A stretch of DNA of 64,000 nucleotides, taken from NCBI GenBank assembly GCA_051362555.1, contig CM120644.1:1744954-1808953 (forward strand). The letters are read 5' to 3'. Shown piece by piece: positions 1 through 10,628 of this stretch (position 1 is its first letter; the number at the start of each line of letters is the position of its first letter). This stretch comes from Lingula anatina (taxonomy: Eukaryota > Animalia > Brachiopoda). A model generated the notes under the pieces. It saw nothing but the letters and a program-made list of their open reading frames with translations, was not told the DNA's origin and made no database searches. Made by a program: the position numbers and the translations under genes.

Positions 1-212
1 CCATTTCCAGAGATTAGATCGATCTACTTTAGATCGACCTAACTCCCTGGGGGTTCACGCTAAATAGCTGTCAGCCAAGCGGACACGAAAGTTAATTACC
101 CCCTTACAGCTTGTAGTAGGCAGGACGGACATTTAAGCCGGATTATCTGACAGTAATCTAGTGAGACTCCCCGCGGAGATAGATCGATCTAAAAGCTCTG
201 GGAATACAGCCT
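1..212. mobile_element. Short non-autonomous foldback/MITE-like repeat (family A), cut by the window edge
   Basis: Reverse-complement copies lie at ~13545-14350 (interrupted) and ~47215-47430. Subterminal imperfect inverted repeats contain tagatcgatcta. Confidence 0.7.
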
Positions 213-728
213 AAGATTTCTCCCAATAACTGGATACAAGTACGTGTGTATGTGTACCTCATCCTACAATATACAAACATGTATATAATACATTGAGTCA
301 CTGTCACAGACCATGCATGTAAAATAACTTGAAAACAATATTAATTGTGCTCCATGTAAACTTTGATATTATATTCTGCATCATACACTATCTGTTAGTA
401 CTGCCTTTGTCTTTCTTGTATTATGCATGTGCTTGGATATGGGCATGTGCTTATATTAAGTGGTTTTGTTATTCAGGGTACATGTACTTGTTGATAACAG
501 ACTGTAATAGAATTACCATGGAATAAAGTTTACTGCATGAGCTAAATATTATACTTTGATTTAAGAAGCATTTTTATTCATTTCAACCAAAATGAAACAT
601 TAAATTTTCACTTTTTGTAACATATTATGTAACTTATATTATATAAGTTAAAGTATGTAATAATTATTTTTATGTATACATTATAATCAAATACTAATGT
701 AAGTTTTTTTTTTTTTTTTTCTTCTAAG

Positions 729-919
729 ATTGAGCAGCAGAGAATAGAAATGGAACAAGAAATGAATGAGAAGACAAAACAAGCCAGAGATGAGGTATCC
801 AGTGATTCTGGCCCTCTTCATTTTTTCCCTATCATTTGTCTATTAATCATTATTATTTGATTAAATTTTGCTGAATAATGGGTAAATAATGGCAAGATTT
901 CTCCACCCTCTCCTCTCGC

Positions 920-984
<65 letters not shown>

Positions 985-2855
985 CACACACGTGCAGTCA
1001 CACACATGCACACACGTGCAGTCACACACATGCACACACACCAAATATTTTACACTTAAGACTACTTTGAGTCTTACTGAATGCAAAAAAAAAAAAAAAA
1101 AAAAAAAGATCACTAACTCACAGAACGTCTTCATTTGTGCATCCCCAGGCACTTTAATACAATATATTATAATAATAATTATATCCTACTATCTGTATCT
1201 CTCTTTCTTCAGGTACTCTCCATGGCGAGGTCAGAGGCAGCAGCAATGGCAGATTCAGAAGGAAAGAAAGTCATGAAACTGATGGAAGAGAAGAAAAAGT
1301 TGGAGGAACAGTTAGCAAAGGTGTGTTGTTTTTTAACATTATATGCAAATGATTCAGATTTTTATTATTGTTTTGATCAAATAACGTTTAAATGAACAAC
1401 TTTAATTTTAGTTAAATTAAGTCTTGAATCTTATCAAGGTCCTTTGATCAAAGGTGGAAACATTTTTACTCATATGAAAATTTGACAAAAATAACTTGTT
1501 CTGCCCGATGGTAACCTTATAAAATTTTGGAATTAAGTCACCATGGATTTGCCCTATATACCAGTAAATTGATTGAATACCAAAATGTGAAAAAAAATTC
1601 ACACATATATTTTTCAATCAATTTTGTGCCATGCAGGAGCGCGCCCTGGTGGCAGAGCTTTCCAAGAAGAAGGCAGAGCCTGTGGTGGAGAAGAAGGAAG
1701 AGAAAGTGATCACAGACGTAGATAAGATCATCCTCAGTGAACAGAAATGGAGAGTTATGGTGGCTAAGTGAGTGACGACATCTTCAGAACATCATGGTTC
1801 ATGGTGTGATGGAGGGTTTTTATACATTCTCAAACCCATAAATTATGTGTCTTATTTTCATCACAATTTATATATTCTTCTTACCCTACAGTTTGTTATT
1901 TTTAACTATTTTTTAAAAATATTATTTATAATTTTTTATTTTCTTATAATTTGGTGCACCCAGGCAAATGTCTGTTGCCATGGTAACAGACATGTTTTTG
2001 AGGCTTATAATGAATTTTTTTAAACTATACAAAAGTATTTTTTGACACTTCTCAGCATTACTGAGTTTGCTGCTCAATTTCCCTAAAATTGGCCAATGAC
2101 CAGTTTCTTCTATCTACCCCAGTTGTATTTTATAGGTGAGGGTATTGCCATTTCTTTTTCTCATAGCTAAGACAAATTTCTTGAAATTTCAGGATGAAGA
2201 AAGAGCTTGAGAAGACACACAAAATGTGGGAGAAGAAATTTGCCATCTTGCAGCACAGTTTACACGCTCTGAAGGATGAGAGCTTCTTGAGGCAGACACT
2301 ACAGAAACAGGCTGCCACACTACACCATGCTGCAGTTAGTTATGCTGTGAGTATTAGGGAGCATTCACAACCAGTTGATCCCCAGAATAGTTACGCTGTG
2401 AGTATTAGGGAGCATTCACAACCAGTTGATCCCCAGATTAGTTACGCTGTGAGTATTAGGGAGCATTCACAACCAGTTGATCCCCAGATTAGTTACGCTG
2501 TGAGTATTAGGGAGCATTCACAACCAGTTGATCCTCAGACTAACTGGTCCTCAGATCAAATATGGCACAATCCACTTGAAAGCATTCTGAGATTTAACTG
2601 CTCTGACTCTGCTGGGACGGTGCACGTTGGAGGCGGGAAATCTATTACATTATCATAAAGGGAAAAATGTGGCTTGCTTACAAGCTTCCATATTTGATGT
2701 GTGAACAGCTACCTTTACATTCTCTCTCTTCCAGAACATGTGGTTTCTTATAAGATGATGTGAAGGTCATAGAAATTGAAGGACAAAATTCCTCAGAATC
2801 ATAATCAACAAACAATTATCTCTTCTCATTATGCTGCTCGTTGTTGTAAGCTCTC

Positions 2856-2891
<36 letters not shown>

Positions 2892-5800
2892 ACTATTGTC
2901 AATCCTTATATGTGTAGTTTTCTCTCTCCCCAGACAATTTTTATATGATGATAACAGTTAACATAAAGATCTTCACTTTTTATCATTTCCAGACTGACAC
3001 ACCATTGGCTATCCTCCCCACCAGACCACCCAACTCTCCCACCAAAAAACCTCTGGTAAGATGTTTCAGATTTAGAAAAATGATAATAATAAATAACTAG
3101 ATAGATGAATAAATGAATAAAGATCCATTCATTTATAAGTCATTTTATTGATTTGTTTTTCTTCATTTATTTACATTATTGATATGATATTATTAACATG
3201 GTTATTATTTTTTTAACTGAAAAGTAGAAGGCATGAGTATTTTGTAATGTTCTTTTTTTCGTTTACTGTTATTGTCTCTGAAAATTAAGCATTGTAAAAA
3301 AATTAGAACATAATACATTTTTTTTTCTATCAATATCACTTTTTGGATTTTTTTCAGCCTGAAATTCCTAGTCGTGCCAAATCACCAGCCAATGGTCTGA
3401 TTGATGATGGTAAGCCCCACTGAAACATAACATGTTAATTAAGTTTTCTTTACTGAGGCCAAAGTGCACATAAGACACAACCTTATATGTCCAGATTTAA
3501 GAGCAATTTTTTTTTCAAACAATTCACAACCAATTAATAATACATATATTTATTAGAATTGTAATATGCTGTTAAAAACAATAATTAAAATACATCAGTT
3601 TCAAGTGGCGTTTGCAAAATGGGCATTGTTTATGAAAAATAACAATATTTTGGAATTTTAATAACAGTTAAAACTGTTTATTTTCCAGAGAACCAAGTGA
3701 TGTCAGACGATGATCAAGGTTTGCCTCCAGGAGTTGTTCCCCTTCCAACACCTCCAGCCAGGTAAGTCCTCCATCATTAACAATGAACAGTTGTTCCCCT
3801 TCCAACAACTCCAGCCAGGTAAGTCCTCCATCATTAACAATTACCCTCCCCCCCCCCCCCACCCCACCACTCCAAACACATAGATTATTCAACAGACTGT
3901 TCCCCTCTTAACATCCCCCCCCCCCCCCAGTAGACCCTACAACTTTTTAATGATAAAACTATGAACAGTGTCCTGGTCCACAGAGAGTTTGTCTTACGTC
4001 AATGAACTTACGTAACAATGAACAGGTGTTTCCCTGATAATCAACCCCCTCCCTAGAAATACATTGATCCCACATCAAACTAGAGGATCAGAGAGGCGAT
4101 TCCGCCTCCGAATATTGTACCACCAGCTGGAACAAGCGCATTCGTATAGACCCCCACATACACAAAATAAGGGACACAGCCACCAGTCTTATGCTTGACA
4201 AGCTATAAAAATGCAATCAACAAGAATTTTCAAAATACGCAAAAAATATATATAACTTAAAATGGTACAATCAAAGTTAAGTTAAGGTAGGTCAAAGGTC
4301 AATTTCAAGGTCACAGTAAATTGCCAATATATGACTTCCTATTCAACTTCAATAGTAACTATGGACCTATCTCTGCCAGGTTTGGAGTTAAAAGAGAAAG
4401 AAATTAGCAGAGTTCAGTTCATGATTATAAGTAGGTCAAAGGTCAATTTCAAGGTCACACTTAGATTGCCAGTATATGACTTCCTATTCAAGTTCAATAG
4501 TAACTATGGACCTATCTCTGCCAGTTTTGGAAATAAAAGGGAACCAAAATTTGCAAAGTTCAATTCATGATAAAAAGTAGGTCAAAGGTCAATTTCAAGG
4601 TCACATTTAGATTGCCAGTATATGACTTCCTATTCAAGTTCAAAAGTAACTTTGGACCTATCTCTGCCAGTTTTGGAGATAAAAGGGAACCAAAATTTGC
4701 AAAGTTCAACTCATGGTGAAAAGTAGGTCAAAGGTCAATTTCAAAGTCACATTTAGATTGCCAGTATATGACTTTCCATTCAAGTTTAGTAACTAAGGAC
4801 CTACCCCTGCCAGTTTTGGAGATATAAGGGACTAAATTTTATAATTTTGGAGTTACCATAATGTGCCATAAATTTCCTACAGAAAAAATTAATTAAAATA
4901 AAGAAAAGGTCATTTTGGTCAAAATTCTTGAAATGGGAGGTGCTCTGAAGTTCCAGATGTTCTAATTTGTTGAAATAATGTCATTTTTGACCACAAGTTG
5001 TCTGCTTTGCCAAGCCTTATTCCGGAGTTCAAAATTTATTATCCATTACTGTACTGCACATTTTGCTTTAACCACCAATATGTACTTTTTGATACAGCGT
5101 AACTTTGGAGATAAAAGGGAAGCAAAATTTGCAAAGTTCAATTCATGATAAAAAGTAGGTCAAAGGTCAATTTTAGAGTCACATTTAGATTGCCAGTATA
5201 TGACTTCCTATTCAACTTCAATAGTAACTATGGACCTATCTCTGCCAGTTTTGGAGATAAAAGGGAAGCAAAATTTGCAAAGTTCAGTTTATGATGAAAA
5301 GTAGGTCAAAGGTCAATTTCAAGGTCACAGTAAGGTTGCCAGTATATGACTTCCTATTCAACTTCAATAGTAACTATGGACCTATCTTTGCCAGTTTTGG
5401 AGATATAAGGGACTAAGGCTTCGTTCACATGGAATGTCTATTTTCTAAAAATCTATTTTCTATTCGCGCTATCTTATGATCACAGTCTATGCCCTGAATA
5501 TCCCGCCGCGTAATTACTGGCAGCGCGAGCCAGTTACTTAAAGTAACTTATAGTAACTGGCTCGCGCTGCCAGTAATTACGCGACGGGATATTCAGGGCA
5601 CAGACCATGATCACAACACATGCAGCGAATAGAAAAAAGAATTTAGAAAATAGACATTGCATGTGAACGAAGCCTAAATGTTATAATTTTGGAGTTACCA
5701 TAATGTCCCATAAATTTCCTACGGAAAAAATTAATTAAAATAAAGAAAAGGTCATTTTGGTCAAAATTCTTGAAATGGGAGGTGCTCTGAAGTTCCAGAT

Positions 5801-8419
5801 GTTCAAATTTGATGAAATAATGTCATTTTTGACCACAAGTTGCCTGCTTTGCCAAGCCTTATGTTTACTTTTTCTGGAGTTCAAAATTTATTATCCATTA
5901 CCGTACTGCACATTTTGCTTTAACCACCAAAATGTACTTTTTGATACAGCGTAACTTTGGAGATAAAAGGGAAGCAAAATTTGCAAAGTTCAGTTCATGA
6001 TGAAAAGTAGGTCAAAGGTCAATTTCAAGGTCACAGTAAGATTGCCAATATGACTTCCTATTCAAGTTCAATAGTAACTATGGACCTATCTCTGCCAGTT
6101 TTGGAGATAAAAGGGAACCAAAATTTGCAAAGTTCAATTCATGATAAAAAGAAGGTCAAAGGTCAATTGCAAAGTCACATTTAGATTGCCAGTATATGAC
6201 TTCCTATTCAACTTCAATAGTAACTATGGACCTATCTCTGCCAGTTTTGGAGATAAAAGGGAAGCAAAATTTCCAAAGTTCAGTTCATGGTGAAAAGTAG
6301 GTCAAAGGTCAATTTTAAGGTCACATTTAGATTGCCAGTATATGACTTCCTATTCAACTTCAATAGTAACTATGGACCTATCTCTGCCAGTTTTGGAGAT
6401 AAAAGGGAAGCAAAATTTGCAAAGTTCAATTTATGGTGAAAAGTAGGTCAAAGGTCAATTTCAAGGTCACAGTAAGATTGCCAGTATATGACTTCCTATT
6501 CAACTTCAATAGTAACTATAGACCTATCTCTGCCAGTTTTGGAGATATAAGGGACTAAATGTTATAATTTCGGAGTTACCATAATGTCCCATAAATTTCC
6601 TACGGAAAAAATTAATTAAAATAAAGAAAAGGTCATTTTGGTCAAAATTCTTGAAATGGGAGGTGCTCTGAAGTTCCAGATGTACAAATTTGATGAAATA
6701 ATGTCATTTTTGACCACAAGTTGCCTGCTTTGCCAAGCCTTATGTTTACTTTTTCTGGAGTTCAAAATTTATTATCCATTACCGTACTGCACATTTTGCT
6801 TTAACCACCAAAATGTACTTTTTGATACAGCGTAACTTTGGAGATAAAAGGGAAGCAAAATTTGCAAAGTTCAGTTCATGATGAAAAGTAGGTCAAAGGT
6901 CAATTTCAAGGTCACAGTAAGATTGCCAATATATGACTTCCTATTCAAGTTCAATAGTAACTATGGACCTATCTCTGCCAGTTTTGGAGATAAAAGGGAA
7001 GCAAAATTTGCAAAGTTCAATTTATGGTGAAAAGTAGGTCAAAGGTCAATTTCAAGGTCACAGTAAGATTGCCAGTATATGACTTCCTATTCAACTTCAA
7101 TAGTAACTATGGACCTATCTCTGCCAGTTTTGGAGATATAAGGGACTAAATGTTATAATTTCGGAGTTACCTTAATGTGCCATAAATTTCCTACAGAAAA
7201 AATTAATTAAAATAAAGAAAAGGTCATTTTGGTCAAAATTCTTGAAATGGGAGGTGCTCTGAAGTTCCAGAAGTTCAAATTTGATGAAATAATGTCATTT
7301 TTGACCACAAGTTGTCTGCTTTGCCAAGCCTTATGTTTTATTTTTCCAGAGTTCAAAATTTATTATCCATTACCGTACTGCACATTTTCCTTTCACCACC
7401 AATATGTACTTTTTGAGACAGCGTAACTCGAAAACCGTATGGAATACAAAAAAACGGAGACCACTTCCAGCGTTGGGCTTTACATGCTCTACAAAATGCA
7501 AAAAAGAATGGGTCTCTAGCATTAACGGTTCCCGAATTACAGACAGTTTTCAGTTTCGGTATCTTATGGCCGCTACACCCGTGAAAATGCACCGATTGAC
7601 CCCAAATTCACACAGATGAAAGATGACCTGAAGGGTAACATTTTCCAATAATATTATTGGTTAAGTCTGTGTGGTGTCTGAATAACAGCGCAAATAAATT
7701 TTTTTTCGTAAAAAAATTCATTTTTTTGAAAATTTTTGCCCGTTTGACCTTGAAATAAAGGTCAAAGGTCAAATCCAAGGGCATATTTGAAATCTACACA
7801 TATGACTTTTGGAAAGCTGTCTGTAGAAATTTTTCCCATAATTCCTTCCGTAGGGTAGATAATTAGCATTTAATTTTGCCATTTTTGGACAAGGGTGCAT
7901 TGCAATGAGTGCCACACCTAGACCCCAATACCGACAAAGCCCAAATTTTACGTGGAACGAGTTGAGATTATAGGTGACCTAAATCCAAGAGATGGGTATG
8001 GGGGCCCTTACCGTCTAGGAGGAGAAGCGGTAACGGTAACATGGCGGCGGAGCCGCAGGAGCCGGCGGAGCCGGCGGAACGGACCGGACGGGACTAAAAC
8101 CATGTGTACCGCCAGCGCTAACGCTGGTGGTACAACTAGTATTCCCCTCTTGACACCTGTACCCCACCCCCCAAGGTAAACCCTACTATATTTAATTGTA
8201 AACACTCAGAACAGAGGCCTGTCTTGCATCAGCTTAGTGTTCCATACAAGCATTTGTAAGTGAATGTTGACCTACAGTTCTGATCATGAGCCAGTGTTTG
8301 TATCCAAAGCAAATAAATAAATAAACCGTTATTTCAGAAACCTGACTGACTGTGCCGACGACAGCCGCCCCTCTACCAGAACTCATGTAGTGATGATTCC
8401 CTCAGTGGAGGCACAGTAA
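729..8419 (+). CDS. 3' exons of a coiled-coil protein resembling C10orf67 homologues; the 5' end is outside the window
   Basis: GT-AG exons with compatible phases: 729-794, 1213-1320, 1637-1767, 2193-2346, 2993-3055, 3358-3409, 3689-3761, 8338-8419 (TAA). The motif MWEKKFAILQHSLHALKDESFLRQTL recalls the C10orf67 C-terminal domain; this assignment is from memory, not a search. Confidence 0.7.
914..1041. repeat. (CT)n(CA)n compound microsatellite
   Basis: Seen directly in the intron. Confidence 0.9.
2337..2540 (+). repeat. 51-bp tandem repeat x4 containing the exon 3' end and the GTGAGT donor
   Basis: Unit tagttacgctgtgagtattagggagcattcacaaccagttgatccccagat; donors at 2347, 2398, 2449 and 2500. 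Confidence 0.9.
3733..3842 (+). repeat. 57-bp tandem duplication of the exon end plus the GTAAGT donor
   Basis: gttgttccccttccaacaMctccagccaggtaagtcctccatcattaacaat occurs twice, with degenerate echoes up to ~4040. Confidence 0.85.
4285..7430. repeat. 146-bp satellite with higher-order structure (~12 units interleaved with four copies of a ~290-bp block)
   Basis: gtaggtcaaaggtcaatttcaaggtcac recurs at 4431, 4577, 4723 and onward. The second block gives near-identical short ORFs at 5757, 6638 and 7229. Confidence 0.9.
5417..5674. mobile_element. PIF/Harbinger-type (Tourist-like) palindromic MITE nested in the satellite
   Basis: TAA target duplication at 5414-16 and 5675-77. TIRs ggcttcgttcacatg / catgtgaacgaagcc. 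Sibling units show the empty site gggactaaatgttata (~6551, ~7142). Confidence 0.9.
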
Positions 8420-9647
8420 ATACTGCAGACTGTCCTCTTACTACCTACAAGCTTGACCAGAACCCACGTGGTGATGATGGAGGCACAGTAAACACTGCAG
8501 ACTGCCCTCTTATTACCTACCAGCTTGATCAGAGAGAAGCGAGTTCCTAAATTTGCGTAGATCATCCCTTGAAGTAGCCACATGAAGACAGTCAACAAGG
8601 AGGCCAGTGTGTTTCCCAGGACTCTCTCTTCCTTAATGCACGTTGGCTAAATGCTGAAGTAGCCATATTTGGATTGGGAAAGTGTTAACTATTTTCTCGA
8701 CTGTTTTACTCAAATTAATTTAAATTAAAAGAGGTCAAACTTTTTTGATTTCACCAAAAACATTCAGCAATCTGGCTAAAAGGCTTCAAATCTTCCCCAG
8801 CAGTAAAGGGTAGTTCTTTGTGTAGAGGCATGCTTATTGACAGTTATGATCAGGTCAGTGGAAGTTTCAGAATCACTTCATTTTCCTGAAAGCACAATAA
8901 GGGCATGTTTACACTGATGATGGTCTGACCCTTTTTCAGCAGTTGAAGCCAGAGTCACCATAGGATAGAGTTTATCAGTTGCCAAGAACATGGCAAGAGC
9001 ATTTTGCCCTTTAGCACATAACGTACCACTTTACACTTCATCATAGAAAAAAAATTCTTACCTTTATGAAATTGAGCTTTGTAGTTTCAAATGTGCTGTT
9101 TGAAATCATTTTGTGCTATGGTGGATGTCAACTTTTCATTCAATCCTTACATCTATTTGACATTGTTCAATTTGGTTATGCAATACCGAGGGCAAACTTT
9201 GGATAAATATTGTGACACTGACATTTCTCCATCTCCTTTCTTCAACATCTGTGATATGTGTTCATTATGTAAATATGGTACATGTATATATTTCTGTGTA
9301 ATAAAATATTCAATTAAAAGAAGAAAAGAGCGTTGGATCACATTTTTATTTAAAAGGAGCAAAAGACTTGTTTACAGCATAACCAGAAACTTATAAAACA
9401 GTGCTTAAACTATCTTTCCAAGTCATCAAACTTTTCCTCGGCGAAAAAATTATATATCCAAACTATATATCCATTCTTCCTACGCAGTGACTGTCCTCCT
9501 GTCTCATAATAATTCCAGTTCAGCTACACAGCCATTCCTTGGTAATAAATAAATGAGTCCTTTTTTTAAACAATAAGCCATCGCAATAAATCTTCATTTA
9601 CAAAGAACTCAAGCTTGATCAAAACATTTCCTAAAAGAGGACTTTAT

Positions 9648-10587
9648 TCAGTCATAAGTGAATTCAGGGTTTCTTGACCAGAGGATATCCAAGTCATGAA
9701 ATTTTGCGCACAACTTCTTCCTGTAAGAAAAAAAAAAAAAAAACACCATGTTAATATGCAAATTACCCACACAGATAAATGTAAGTCACGCTATTCTCTG
9801 CTTTATTAAATTACTGTAATAATAATAAACAGACTTAAGTAATAAGAAACCCGGCTATTTGCCAGCAATGCTGATCCCAATACACACACACACATTGTAT
9901 ATACGGTATTCAGCAAACTCAACTTTAACAAATACACAATTTTAAAAAAGTATTTAATAAATAAACTCAAGACATGTCAAAACCTTAACTCTGAGTTTCA
10001 CAGACATCCATAGGGTTGCAATGGTATAACCAGTTGATATATCATTTTGAATAAACACCTGTAGGGTATGTCCATGAAACTCATTGTTTAAGTTTAGAAA
10101 CGTCTCAAGTTAATCTTTATTATTTTTTAATTTTGTATATATAGGAGCCGACTCCGAAAGTGACTTGAATTAAATGACTTTCTTTCTCCTGAGAATACAG
10201 ACATACAAAATGATATAAAAAGATGAGTAGAATGAACTTTACTGTCAAGAAACTAATTTGTTAAAAAGCAAGAGAAAAAATCCCCTGTTCTTGCTGGTCT
10301 GTGTGCATGTGTGAGGGAGGCAGACTGCCACTGGTCAATTCAAAGTAATTACCCAACATAATAATTAATTTTTAAGAAACTAATGACTCCAAAAATAAGT
10401 CACAAATGCGTCTGTGTACAAATGCATATATATTACATTGGGAAGCCATTTAGACGAATCAACCGTGTCGGTGCCCCAGAGGCTGCCAGCGGTAAAGTGC
10501 AGGCGGTCCACATATCTCTGGAAAAGCTTGACCTGCAGTCTCTTGTTGCTATAGCTGAAAAAGACAACACCCAGAACTCACTCTCTC

Positions 10588-10628
<41 letters not shown>

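Larger units (their letters stand above)
4078..8135 (-). mobile_element. Non-autonomous Helentron/HINE (DINE-1-like) element carrying a satellite array
   Basis: Subterminal inverted repeat ttgtaccaccagc (~4116) / gctggtggtacaa (~8123-8135). Hairpin gtaccgccagcg-ctaa-cgctggtggtac at one end; stem-loop plus CTAGTT (minus strand) at the other. GC-rich short repeats at ~8045-8095 and a central tandem array. Confidence 0.75.

Noticed and set aside
940-1276. ORFs over (CA)n, (GA)n and (TAA)n tracts here and at 35291-35642, 41641-41909, 60192-60470 and 61629-61986
   Set aside because: Low-complexity microsatellite translations.
3791-3818. 28-nt microexon flanked by AG and GT in the duplicated donor
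   Set aside because: The preceding intron would be only ~29 nt, inclusion would shift frame, and read-through to the second donor meets TAA.
5757-7426. Three near-identical 65-aa ORFs as a peptide gene family
   Set aside because: They start at TTG within satellite blocks, and the first block copy (~4917) has a stop and a deletion.
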